Under the pieces are notes generated by a model that saw only the letters and a list, made by a program, of their open reading frames with translations, had not been told where the DNA came from and did not search any database. This document shows, one piece after another, positions 19,757 to 29,889 of a stretch of 64,000 nt of DNA; position 1 is the first letter of the stretch, and every line of letters begins with the position of its first letter. The position numbers were made by a program, and so were the translations under genes. This DNA comes from Promethearchaeota archaeon (GTDB lineage Archaea; Asgardarchaeota; Lokiarchaeia; Sigyniarchaeales; SOKP01): positions 96,001-160,000 of the forward strand of contig JAHLWS010000078.1 of the NCBI GenBank assembly GCA_019057795.1. The letters are read 5' to 3'.

Positions 19757-21295
19757 ATTATCTGGGATGTCAATAAAATCTAATTTAATGACCGATAAAA
19801 TATTTTCAGAAGGTATTTCACAGAATATTTCCCTTACACCCTTATTTATAGTAGTAGTGATTACTTCTGGTGGAAAAGTTTGAAAGATATAATTAGAATC
19901 CTCCTGAGTTGTAGATATCCACCAATATGGATTTTCATAAATATTATATATTCCAGATTCAGCTGGAGCAAGACATCTTTCATCAAAACTTTGAGGAAGG
20001 ATAATTCTAAGGTTTTGGGAGAATATTGGACCACTTCTGTCATTATCAATATCATTTTGAATAATCATTTCTGACTGGAATTCAATATTTTCTATAGGTA
20101 TTGAACCATCTCTATCCTTTAGTTGGATATTACTTTGATTTTGAGTTAAAAGATTATAAGAGAATTTATTCAAAACTTTATCTTGAGTTAACGGTCTCAA
20201 ATTATCACTGAGATCTCTAATCCTATTTTCAAATTTCCAGTCTGATTCCCCATTCAAGAAAAGATTAAGCTCAAAATCCATTAAGATTTTTATAGTAGAC
20301 ATTAAAATTGATGTATCATTAACAAATCCAGGTGAATGTGTATATTTTTCCAAACTATGTCCGATTTCATTCCTTCGAGTATATATTTGGCGAAAATATT
20401 TTAACATGGCTTGAATGTATTCATTTTCCTGTAATTCTTTAGTTAGACGGTTACTAAAATAACTTTTAAAACGCTGGTTGAGCGATCTCATTATATTTCT
20501 ATCTGTAGGAAATATAGAATTCTTGAAGGAATTCAATTGTTTCAATTTATCGTTGCGTAAGTTTTGATCTTTAATAAACTGTTCAAAATTAGATCTTAAA
20601 TCTTCATGTATACCCTTTTGCTCATTTGGATCTGCAATTGCAGTACCCCATAAATGAGAATATCCATGAAAATCTGCCCAATTATGGAAAATTCCCTCGA
20701 ATGTTGCGTAACTAAAAAAGTAACCGATTAACACTGAATTACCTACTTTACTATTAGCATAATTATACATAATTGCCCTCAATTTGTCTGTAGGTTTGAA
20801 TTGTAGTAATTTGTTAAGAAGAGGAAAAAATAATTGATATTGATTATATTCTTCTTGAAAATTACTACTGTGATCACATTTTAAATCAATTACTTTCTGA
20901 AAAGAGAGTTTAGGACGACTATTCTGCTCTTCAAAGTTTTCAACATGGAAATAAACTTTAGCTTTCAAATTTAAATTAATAATGAAACGCAGAAGATATA
21001 AAAAATCCATTATCCAACTACATAAATTATTATATAATCCAACATTCTCGAGAAAAGATTCTTTCGGTGTGATATTGACACCTAACCATATTGAGTCAAT
21101 ATCCATACCGCCTCTGCGTCTGAGAAGATCAGTTGGTAACTGTGGTTTAGGTTCAATACCCTCAATATATACTTTGTCATCCCTAATAGTAGATCTTCCT
21201 GTGGTGAATAGATCATGAGGAAAATTGTGAAGAGTGTTAATACCATGATAATTATCTTTATCAATAAGATGTACTATGAAAAAAGATTCTGTCAT
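19739..21295 (-). CDS. HEPN (ApeA-like) domain protein
   Basis: YATFEG...RRNEIGH; layout similar to the ORF at 2-1252. Confidence 0.55.
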   Translation of the reverse strand: MTESFFIVHLIDKDNYHGINTLHNFPHDLFTTGRSTIRDDKVYIEGIEPKPQLPTDLLRRRGGMDIDSIWLGVNITPKESFLENVGLYNNLCSWIMDFLYLLRFIINLNLKAKVYFHVENFEEQNSRPKLSFQKVIDLKCDHSSNFQEEYNQYQLFFPLLNKLLQFKPTDKLRAIMYNYANSKVGNSVLIGYFFSYATFEGIFHNWADFHGYSHLWGTAIADPNEQKGIHEDLRSNFEQFIKDQNLRNDKLKQLNSFKNSIFPTDRNIMRSLNQRFKSYFSNRLTKELQENEYIQAMLKYFRQIYTRRNEIGHSLEKYTHSPGFVNDTSILMSTIKILMDFELNLFLNGESDWKFENRIRDLSDNLRPLTQDKVLNKFSYNLLTQNQSNIQLKDRDGSIPIENIEFQSEMIIQNDIDNDRSGPIFSQNLRIILPQSFDERCLAPAESGIYNIYENPYWWISTTQEDSNYIFQTFPPEVITTTINKGVREIFCEIPSENILSVIKLDFIDIPDNLDIFS

Positions 21296-21344
21296 TTTTG
21301 GGGTTTATTTTTTCTTTGGTTATAATATTCTGAAAAATATATAA

Positions 21345-21536
21345 ACTTCCCCTTTAGGAAAGGAGTATCAGTCAATTGAATTAAAATTAGATCACGATTC
21401 ATATATCATCAATGAAGAATGTCTTTTTAATTTAAAACATTATGAAGAAGTTCTAGAAGCCATTGAAAATGCCATTATTTCCGGTAAGGAGGAGTGGTTA
21501 AGAATTAATGATCTAAATTTAGATTTAAGAATTTGA
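21345..21536 (+). pseudogene. Start-less 3' gene remnant, TPR-like
   Basis: 63 open codons with no upstream start: ...CLFNLKHYEEVLEAIENAIISGKEEWLRINDLNLDLRI*. Confidence 0.45.
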
Positions 21537-21559
21537 GTTAATAGTTGAAATTTATTAAG

Positions 21560-22177
21560 TTAAATTATCAACTTGATGTAAGTTGTAAATCCGAATACGA
21601 TGCTCAATATTATTCCTAAAAAAATTAAACTGATAGGCTTATATTTGGTGCGTAAAATATTCTTGTTATAAACCACCAAAAATAATCCAAGAGATATTAA
21701 TATTACTGAGATAAAGGACATTAGGGCTGTAAAAAATATGAAGCTTATCGTTATATCATTATAGGGGAGAAGATCATTTATTGTAATTATTGAATTAAGG
21801 GCGTCTTCAACTTCAAATCCTCCAAACCAAATCACGAATGGGGGTAGAGTAAAAGATTGATCGAACCACAGTAAAAGAAATGGGATCACTTTAAATAAAA
21901 ATAATATTGCTACAAACACAAGTATAGCCGCGCTAATTCTCCCTCTCTTTCTTATAAATTCTAAATTCCTTCCATAAATTTTTTGTTTATCTTCAACATT
22001 TTTTGCGCTTACTAATAAATATCCTCCTAAAACGAAGTAAAATAGGAATAAGATCAGGTTTCCATACTGAAATATATTATAACAAACAAAATTGAATCCC
22101 CTAAAAATACCATTTAAACTTTCAAGAAGCGATTCTACTATATCATCTATGATATTTGTTTGTCCAAGAAAAATCAT
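21560..22177 (-). CDS. Hypothetical membrane protein (about 4 TM)
   Basis: Hydrophobicity pattern. Confidence 0.7.
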   Translation of the reverse strand: MIFLGQTNIIDDIVESLLESLNGIFRGFNFVCYNIFQYGNLILFLFYFVLGGYLLVSAKNVEDKQKIYGRNLEFIRKRGRISAAILVFVAILFLFKVIPFLLLWFDQSFTLPPFVIWFGGFEVEDALNSIITINDLLPYNDITISFIFFTALMSFISVILISLGLFLVVYNKNILRTKYKPISLIFLGIILSIVFGFTTYIKLII

Positions 22178-22231
22178 TAATTTATTTCTAGATCAAATTA
22201 TAAAAAATTATATAATTTTAGTAGAACTCAG

Positions 22232-22786
22232 TTAATCCCTAATCCCAAGTCTAAGTTTTACTCTTCTCTTATCTTTTTCTATGAATTCTTTAAATTCTAG
22301 ATTATTATCATTGATAACATCCCAAAATTCGTCGTATACTTCTTTAAGGCTTCTTTTCCCTGTATTTTTTTTAGTATTTTTTTCAGTATCTTTTGGAGGA
22401 GGGCGTGAATCTCTATTAATTTTCCGTTTAGGATTAAATTCGACATAGTTTCCTTCAAAAATTAGGTCTTCAAAGAGTCCATCGTCATTTTCGTTAAATA
22501 GGTTTGCGTCAGCTTTAGGTTTCAGAGTTTTTTTAGATTCAAATTCAAAATCTACTTTTTGATATCCGCGAACGATAAAATTTTTATCGACAAACGCTTG
22601 AAAGTGGTGATCGCAAATTAATCCTTTAGGCAGAGAAATTGTGGTTAATTGCCTCGCTTTATTAATTACGGATTTCGGGAACTTTAATTCTTTATTAACT
22701 TTGCACACGGGACATACAATTTTCATGCTTGAATATTCATTTAACTCGCTTATCTGTGGATGAATGTTTTGGTCTAAAATTGCCAT
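22232..22786 (-). CDS. Zn-finger protein of a Lokiarchaeia-expanded type
   Basis: CPVC...CDHHFQAFVDKNFIVRGYQKVD. Confidence 0.65.
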   Translation of the reverse strand: MAILDQNIHPQISELNEYSSMKIVCPVCKVNKELKFPKSVINKARQLTTISLPKGLICDHHFQAFVDKNFIVRGYQKVDFEFESKKTLKPKADANLFNENDDGLFEDLIFEGNYVEFNPKRKINRDSRPPPKDTEKNTKKNTGKRSLKEVYDEFWDVINDNNLEFKEFIEKDKRRVKLRLGIRD

Positions 22787-22900
22787 AGCTATTCAACACC
22801 CGCAGTATTTTTTAAAACTACAAATAAAAACTACGATATTTTTCAAACAATTTTCAAAACTATTCGAAAATAAGAAAATTGAGCGTTAAAAGAGCAATAT

Positions 22901-23443
22901 TTAGTTATTTAGAGAATCAAAGTTTTGATTCAAATTTTCTTTTCCTAGCTCAAAGTTGAATTCAAGGGTAGGACTTATTTTTGACTTGAATTTGAAAGTA
23001 TGTTTTCCTTCAGAAAATTTTTCTAAACCGTCCTTATCAATTTTAATTAGTATATCTATAGTATCTCCTAAAGCTATCATTCTCCCAGCAAGCTTACCGC
23101 TCAATAAATCGTCAATTGCGAATCTTTCTCCCTTATGATAAAGCGCGAAATGGTCTTTAAGTTTCTCTACATCGTAATCTTTCTTAGAGACATTGATCGG
23201 AATTTCGTCAAGATACATTTTACCATAATCTGATAGCTCGAAGTTTTTAATATCAAAACTTTTGGTGCTAAATCCTCCGATTTCAATTTCTTTTGGAATC
23301 AGAATTGGCATTATAAGGTTCAAAGCCTTAATTAGGAGGGCGTCTACCTTTCCATCGCCAGTAGTATCTACTGTATATATAGATTTCTTAGACGGAAAAA
23401 TTTTTTTGATAAGTACTTTGAGAGCGGAAATATCGAAAGACAT
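22901..23443 (-). CDS. Hypothetical protein
   Basis: 180 aa ORF; DTTGDGKVD possible Ca-binding loop. Confidence 0.65.
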   Translation of the reverse strand: MSFDISALKVLIKKIFPSKKSIYTVDTTGDGKVDALLIKALNLIMPILIPKEIEIGGFSTKSFDIKNFELSDYGKMYLDEIPINVSKKDYDVEKLKDHFALYHKGERFAIDDLLSGKLAGRMIALGDTIDILIKIDKDGLEKFSEGKHTFKFKSKISPTLEFNFELGKENLNQNFDSLNN

Positions 23444-23522
23444 AATTATTCAGACAAATTAAGAGTTTTATTTTTATCTTTGTTTTAAGTAATCATTATT
23501 CAATTAAAAATTTATGATACGA

Positions 23523-24572
23523 TTAAGGTATTGTAATTATTTTTACGCACTTTCTTTCTTTCATAAGATTAAACCCAGTTGAAATTAATTTTTCTAAAGG
23601 TATTGTTGTTGTTATTAATTTGTTAACATCTATAACTTTGTTTGAAATTAGCTCGATCGCGTCTAAAAAATCTTCAGCACAACCAATATAAGATCCCATA
23701 ATTTTCCTCTGATACCTTACAATATCGTTTGGTTTTATTATCGCTTCAGCACGCGAGTCTTGCCCAAAACAAATCAATCGAGCACCAGGCGCCCATATTT
23801 TAGTAGCCATTTCAAAAGTATCTGTAATCCCCACGGCATCAATGATAACATCTGCTCCTTCACCATTGGTTATATTTTGAATTTCTTGTTTTACATTCTG
23901 CGTTTTAGGATTAATCCAATGATCAGCACCAAGTTCTAATGCTTTCTGGCCACGCCATTGATCTATTTCTATACTAATTAATTTTTTTATTGGATGTTTC
24001 CTTATAACAGATTCGATAATTAAACCCATAGGCCCTGCTCCAATTATAACAACATTATCTGATTCCTTGACATCCGCAATATTATGGCAATGAACCGCAC
24101 ATGATAAGGGTTCAATTAAACTTGCAGCTATCATATCAATAGAATCGGGAAGTTTGAATAGTGCGTTTCTTGGTAAAACACAATATTTAGCAAAACCTCC
24201 ATTTTGAAATATCCCAAATGTTGTTCCTAGGGCCATATATTCACATAGATTCGAGAGCCCCCTCCTACAATTAATACAATAACCGCATTTTTCATTTGGA
24301 TCAACGACAATTTTATCCCCAATCTTAAGATCACTAATATTTTCTCCGATTTCTTTAACTACTCCTACAAATTCATGACCTAAAATAGTATTATCTGTAG
24401 CAGGATGACCTCCCTTTAATATCTTTAGATCAGTTCCACAGATACTGGATGCCTTCACTTCTATTAGTACATGATCCCCTTTTTTAATTCGAGGAATATC
24501 CACTTCTTCTAATTTAATCTCTCCACCCGATTTTTCATCTTTATGAAAAACTGCTGCTAACATTTTTTTCAT
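23523..24572 (-). CDS. Zn-dependent MDR alcohol/sugar dehydrogenase
   Basis: ICGTD, GHEFVG, CGYCINC...C, GAGPMG. Confidence 0.93.
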   Translation of the reverse strand: MKKMLAAVFHKDEKSGGEIKLEEVDIPRIKKGDHVLIEVKASSICGTDLKILKGGHPATDNTILGHEFVGVVKEIGENISDLKIGDKIVVDPNEKCGYCINCRRGLSNLCEYMALGTTFGIFQNGGFAKYCVLPRNALFKLPDSIDMIAASLIEPLSCAVHCHNIADVKESDNVVIIGAGPMGLIIESVIRKHPIKKLISIEIDQWRGQKALELGADHWINPKTQNVKQEIQNITNGEGADVIIDAVGITDTFEMATKIWAPGARLICFGQDSRAEAIIKPNDIVRYQRKIMGSYIGCAEDFLDAIELISNKVIDVNKLITTTIPLEKLISTGFNLMKERKCVKIITIP

Positions 24573-24750
24573 TTTATTTACCTCAAGATATTCTAGGAAG
24601 CTATTGGTTATTATATTGGCTATAGGTTATTTCCCACTAAACCAAGATTTAATATTAAATAAAAATTTTTAGCTAAAGATTTAAATTAATAAAAAGTTAA
24701 ATTCGATTAACTAAATAAAATTAATTTTAAAAAAAATGGTTGATGAATGA

Positions 24751-26163
24751 ATGAATGAAAGAAAATCTGAGAAAGTTCCTCTAGGAAAACGGGTCGCATT
24801 TGCAATGGGGGAAGTCGGAGACAATACGGCAATGCAAACATTCCAGTTCCTTATTTTTACATTCTACTTTGCAATTGTAGGATTACCTGTTCTTTGGATT
24901 ACTGGTGGTTTTATTTTATGGAGTTTATGGAACGCATTCAATGATCCACTGATAGGATATCTTTCTGACCGTACTAAAACTAAATGGGGGAGAAGAATTC
25001 CTTGGATGTTAGGCGCCACTATTCCATTAGCAATATTAATGATTTTACTTTTTACACCACCTCTTGCTCTTAATTCGGACTTATTAAACTTCATATACTT
25101 CTTTATAATTCTTATTCTCTTTGATACTACTTATACTGCGTTTAATCTAAATTATAATGCTGTTTTTTCTGAAATGTTTGTAACGATGGAAGATCGTAGT
25201 TCAACAGGAAAAGTTAGGATAAGTTTTGTGATGATTGCATTGATTTTTGCGTTTTTACTTCCCACATTAATTATAGAAGATCTCTTAGGGGGTGATCCGC
25301 AAACACCCGCAACTATAAGTAAGGCATTAGGGGAATACCAGTTAACAGGAATTATTGCTGCTGTTGTAATTATTATCTCATATTTCATAATTTTGAAATG
25401 GGGTGTGAAAGAACCTAAATATATCTCAAAAGACGCTGAAACCGCTATGTCTTTTGGAAAAACGCTGAAAACTACATTTAAGAATAAGTCTTTCCTATGG
25501 TTTTTAATACCTGCTTTAGGAACATGGATTGCCATAAATATTTTACCAACTTTGGCACCACTTTTTATGATCCATTCTCTTGGAGTTACAGATATGGAAT
25601 TAATTGGTTATGCTCTAGCTTTACAGTTCATTGTAGCTGCCGTTTCTACTCCTTTATGGGAAAAAATTCGTGTTAAAAAAGGGGCTCGTATGGCTGGATT
25701 GATAGGAATTGTAGCATGGATAATTCCTATAATATTTTTTGCTTTCTCAATAAACATTGAAATGGTTTTTATTGTGCAGATCTTCAACGGAATTGGTTTG
25801 GGCGGAGGATTATATTTCTACGATCAGTGTATCGCAGAAATTATTGATGAAGATGAAATTCGTCATGGAACAAGGCGATCAGGTATTTACTATGCTGTCC
25901 TTAATTTCTTTATTAGATTTTCGGCGATTATTAATTTCGTCTTAATAGGGATAGTCTTCAGTACAACAGATTGGCAAAGCTATGACCCAAATCCAGGTGT
26001 TAATACAATTTTAGGCCTCCAAATCTTAATGGGTGTTTTTCCCGCAATTGTGCTTGTGATATCATGGATTGGGCTGTATTTCTATCCAATTAAAGGCGAG
26101 ATATTAGCTGAAAATCGAAGGAAATTAACAGAATTGCATGAAGAAAAACAAAAAAGCCGTTAA
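24751..26163 (+). CDS. GPH/MelB-family MFS sugar transporter
   Basis: DPLIGYLSDRTKTKWGRR; 12-TM pattern. Confidence 0.93.
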   Translation: MNERKSEKVPLGKRVAFAMGEVGDNTAMQTFQFLIFTFYFAIVGLPVLWITGGFILWSLWNAFNDPLIGYLSDRTKTKWGRRIPWMLGATIPLAILMILLFTPPLALNSDLLNFIYFFIILILFDTTYTAFNLNYNAVFSEMFVTMEDRSSTGKVRISFVMIALIFAFLLPTLIIEDLLGGDPQTPATISKALGEYQLTGIIAAVVIIISYFIILKWGVKEPKYISKDAETAMSFGKTLKTTFKNKSFLWFLIPALGTWIAINILPTLAPLFMIHSLGVTDMELIGYALALQFIVAAVSTPLWEKIRVKKGARMAGLIGIVAWIIPIIFFAFSINIEMVFIVQIFNGIGLGGGLYFYDQCIAEIIDEDEIRHGTRRSGIYYAVLNFFIRFSAIINFVLIGIVFSTTDWQSYDPNPGVNTILGLQILMGVFPAIVLVISWIGLYFYPIKGEILAENRRKLTELHEEKQKSR

Positions 26164-26324
26164 TAATCTAATTATTTTTTTTTATTTTATTTTTATCTTT
26201 TTGAGATTAAAATTTCTGTTTGTTTCGTAAAATTTTAAATTCTATAAAGATTTTCCTGAGAGTTTTTGTTTAAATAGAAATGATATTAATTTTTCTTTAT
26301 ATATAAGGACAAAAATATAATATC

Positions 26325-26996
26325 ATGACTGATACTAACTTTACTTTTTTATCCTTAGAAGATAGTATTTATGAAACTCCTTACTTGGATGATGATATAG
26401 ATGACGATATTCTTGAGTGGCATTCGATTGAAGGTGCTGAACGAATTAAGGAGCTTTCAAGACAATTACGAACATTTCTAAATTACAAGACATCAATGAT
26501 TTATTTAAGATTTTCAAGATCTCAGAATTGTGATCCCTTTCATAATAGAAATATGATTATAGAAAAGGAAAGAGAACTTAACATATTAACTTCACATCTT
26601 TTAGCTAATTTAAAAGAGATTGGTGTAGATGACGGAGATATTATTGGTGAGAAAATTCAAAGTCTATTTGATAAAATAAAGACCCTCCCAAATGAAATTG
26701 ATATAAACCGATTAAAAGATATAAAATCAATAAATAAAAAAATATGGGTGTTAATTCACATTTTATCTGAACTTGAGATTCATCATCACTCAAGGCTTTT
26801 TAATAGGATAACGAATATTGCCTGTATTTCTTGTGAAATTCAAAGCATATTGTTTCATCCTTTTTCAGAGTTCTATTATGAATTGAAAAGCAATTATCTT
26901 CTTTTAGTTAAGGAGATATCTGATTTACTAAGAATAAACAATAAGAACAAGGCTCCATCTATTAAAAATAAAAATAGGGAGAGAGTTCTTACATGA
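26325..26996 (+). CDS. Partner protein A of two-gene nuclease module (copy 1)
   Basis: W..IEGA..IKELSRQLRTF.NYKT shared with 58255-58869; ATGA overlap with next gene. Confidence 0.8.
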   Translation: MTDTNFTFLSLEDSIYETPYLDDDIDDDILEWHSIEGAERIKELSRQLRTFLNYKTSMIYLRFSRSQNCDPFHNRNMIIEKERELNILTSHLLANLKEIGVDDGDIIGEKIQSLFDKIKTLPNEIDINRLKDIKSINKKIWVLIHILSELEIHHHSRLFNRITNIACISCEIQSILFHPFSEFYYELKSNYLLLVKEISDLLRINNKNKAPSIKNKNRERVLT

Positions 26997-29821
26997 ATAC
27001 TAAAATTGAATCAGTAAATAGGGGAATGCTAAATGAGGAACGAATTGCAATTTGTTCCCATTTTGGATGTGGTACAATCAAAAAGGTTAAACCACTAAAA
27101 TTCGGTTCATTCGGATTTCGAAAATATCCTAAATGTTCAAAACACAAACTATCTTTAGTATTTGTCGATGAATTTGTAGAGCAATTTATTTGCTCTGTAA
27201 ATGCTTGTTTGTTTGATTTATCAAGCTTGCCACCTAAAGATTTGGTAAATTCTATTACTGAAGATGTTCCAGAAGAATTAGAATTATTTATCAATGTTTG
27301 GATGTATTGCAGTCCTATAGGACGAGGTGCTCAGATTATATCACGATATTTCGATGGACTTTCAAAGGGTTATATCAAATTACTCAGTCGTAAACAGAGA
27401 AAAGCAATTCAATGTGGAAAATCAAGCAAACGAAGTTACAATATGTTGCGTCAGGGATTAAAAAAAATTGCAGATGAATACACACTTTTCTTACAAGAGC
27501 TTCGTGTCGTATCGCACGATTATTGTGATCTAAATAAAGTACTTCCATTATCAAAAAAATCATGTGATATTATTAAAACCTGGCGAAAAAAACAATCAGT
27601 TAATAGAAGAAAGAAAAGTACTAAAGATGAAAATCTAAATGACATTTCATTATTAAAAAATGATTATGATGATATTCTACATTTAAGGACTTCTTCTTTT
27701 ATTATAGGAAAACCTCCTACAGAAAAAATATCTGCATTTGAGCTTTTTTCAGCTTATTTTGAATTTCTAAAGGAAGGTTTATGTAGCAAGCTAAAAAAAG
27801 AAAATATTCAACAAGTATTAAATATCCAAGAAACTAATACAGAGAACTCTTCATCTAAATCTCATTTAAGGCAAGAATTGTTAACCAATCTTTATGGTAT
27901 AATAGATTTAATAAACTTATATAATTCTGATCAAAAAGATGTAATGAAATCTAAATCTAAGGAAATACTAGAAGAATTCATATCCAGAATTGAACAAAAG
28001 GAATTTTATCTACCCAAAAATGCTAACTTAAGAGTTATTGCAAGTACGGTTGTATATACTACAGCTCTTTATGTTAAAAAATTGCCCATATTAACCACAA
28101 GAAAGATTGGAAACATTGCTGCTGCTACTCCCAGCAATATAAGTAGGTATTATAGAAGATATTTTGAGAAATTATATCCTCGAGAAAACTTTGAGATATA
28201 CGGATTTAAACGTATAAAATTAATTATTTCACTATATTTTTTTGAATTATTAAAGAATTCAAAGTTAAGAACATCCGAACTCATTTCAAACCTAGAAAAG
28301 GAGATATATAGTGAATTTTTTAAGGAAGAATTTGGAGAATATTTTACAAAAGACATTGAAATACTCCGTAATATGGTAACTCAATATCGAGATAAATTTA
28401 TTAAATACTTTTCTGATCTAGCTGAAATTGTTAAATTATTAGCAAATACAAGTAAAATTCATAAAGAAATTGGAGCAAAGGTATATCTCAAACCTATTAT
28501 CGACCTTTTAAATGAAGAAAACTTTAACTTGTTTCAAAAATCTCGTTTTGTTTTTTCCGTTAGAGAAATATATGATAGTTTAAGACATAAAAATCCGGAT
28601 CTTTTTCCTCCTCGAGCTTATCAAACAAAAGATAGAAATGTTACGAATAAACAGAGAACTAAAACCGATAAAGATTTGATAAGAATAATTGGAAGTAGAT
28701 TAAAAATATATGCCATAAAAAATATCTATAAAGGTAAGTATTTTAAAAACGGACAAGGAAAGTGTCAAGAATGTCAAGAAGAAAAAATGCTTATAAATAC
28801 CGACATTTCAAGATTGAATGCTCTAGAATTTCACCACACTTCTGAGAAAGAAAATCATTTTACTGCCAATAGACTTTATGAATTATTTACTAAAAATTTA
28901 CGTAATTTGAATTTGTTAGAATGGTTAATCGAGCTAATGGAAGCAGAAGAGGTGGTTCTTGTATGCAGAAATCACCATCGTATATTGGAAGAAAAGTACT
29001 ATGGATATTTTCATTATCTTATAAATTGGAAAAATTTATTCTGTTATCCACCAGAGGTAATACATGCACTCATTAGGATTTCAGTAGATACATTTTATAA
29101 AACAAAACGATTATCTGTAAACAAGAAAGCGGGTATTAGGGATGCAATTGCTAGATATATGAAAAAAAGGTATATTATAGAATTTTTTTATGGTGGTTCT
29201 TGTCATACTTGTGGAGAATTCCATACAAATAATCACTTACCAGCTTTCGTTTATCATCACAAAAATGAAGAGTCTAAAACGGTTAATATTAGTAAAGTAT
29301 ATCATCTTACTTGTTCTGAAATTATTCAAATCATTATAAAAGAGCAAGGTGGATATGTTTGTTCGAATTGTCATAGATTACTTCATTATAACAAATTTAT
29401 CCCCTTATTAGACGATATTTATAAAGATAAAAATATGATTAAAAGGATTATTAAAGACTATAATCGTATTCTCAGAGCATTTTCCCCCATTGAAAGTGTA
29501 GATATTAGAAAGAAGAGTCCTTTAATTAAACCTACTTTAGATACAGATAGCTTTATGAAGTTCTTAATAGCAATTTATGAGATTTCAAAGATGGGTAAAG
29601 AAGTCAATAATACTGAATTAAAAGAATATTTAAGCTATCACGATGTATCGTCCATAACAAGAATTTTTAGAAGAAAAGCTGATATTATTGGTAATTATAT
29701 CAGTATAATAAAAGGAGTTTCCAAATCTAGTCCTACTAAATACAAATTAAATGAAAAAGGAAAAAAAGTTATTTCCTTATTTCAAAAATTTAAGGATTTT
29801 TACGCTATTAGTTCAAATTAA
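26993..29821 (+). CDS. Module protein B (copy 1): conserved Cys/His N-terminal domain, TFIIB/cyclin-like helical region, two HNH-like domains, wHTH
   Basis: C..FGC...KPLK...PKC.KH; CQEC...LEFHH...CRNHH and CHTC...FVYHH...CSNCH; C-terminal KYKLNEKG. Confidence 0.75.
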   Translation: MNTKIESVNRGMLNEERIAICSHFGCGTIKKVKPLKFGSFGFRKYPKCSKHKLSLVFVDEFVEQFICSVNACLFDLSSLPPKDLVNSITEDVPEELELFINVWMYCSPIGRGAQIISRYFDGLSKGYIKLLSRKQRKAIQCGKSSKRSYNMLRQGLKKIADEYTLFLQELRVVSHDYCDLNKVLPLSKKSCDIIKTWRKKQSVNRRKKSTKDENLNDISLLKNDYDDILHLRTSSFIIGKPPTEKISAFELFSAYFEFLKEGLCSKLKKENIQQVLNIQETNTENSSSKSHLRQELLTNLYGIIDLINLYNSDQKDVMKSKSKEILEEFISRIEQKEFYLPKNANLRVIASTVVYTTALYVKKLPILTTRKIGNIAAATPSNISRYYRRYFEKLYPRENFEIYGFKRIKLIISLYFFELLKNSKLRTSELISNLEKEIYSEFFKEEFGEYFTKDIEILRNMVTQYRDKFIKYFSDLAEIVKLLANTSKIHKEIGAKVYLKPIIDLLNEENFNLFQKSRFVFSVREIYDSLRHKNPDLFPPRAYQTKDRNVTNKQRTKTDKDLIRIIGSRLKIYAIKNIYKGKYFKNGQGKCQECQEEKMLINTDISRLNALEFHHTSEKENHFTANRLYELFTKNLRNLNLLEWLIELMEAEEVVLVCRNHHRILEEKYYGYFHYLINWKNLFCYPPEVIHALIRISVDTFYKTKRLSVNKKAGIRDAIARYMKKRYIIEFFYGGSCHTCGEFHTNNHLPAFVYHHKNEESKTVNISKVYHLTCSEIIQIIIKEQGGYVCSNCHRLLHYNKFIPLLDDIYKDKNMIKRIIKDYNRILRAFSPIESVDIRKKSPLIKPTLDTDSFMKFLIAIYEISKMGKEVNNTELKEYLSYHDVSSITRIFRRKADIIGNYISIIKGVSKSSPTKYKLNEKGKKVISLFQKFKDFYAISSN

Positions 29822-29889
29822 AATAACATGTCAATTTATATTATTTTTTGAATTTATTAAATCAATTATATACTAAATATTTAAAAAAA

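Noticed and set aside
1-21500. Provirus or integrative element at tRNA-Phe
   Set aside because: No integrase, capsid or replication gene recognised, and no duplicated tRNA 3' end seen in the window.
26164-26324. Duplicated host-gene end flanking module copy 1
   Set aside because: No match to the transporter 3' end or iolM 5' end found by eye on either side, so terminus replacement is not shown for this copy.
29848-29889. TTG start for iolM
   Set aside because: Homology begins at ATG 29890; the upstream stretch is AT-rich and promoter-like.
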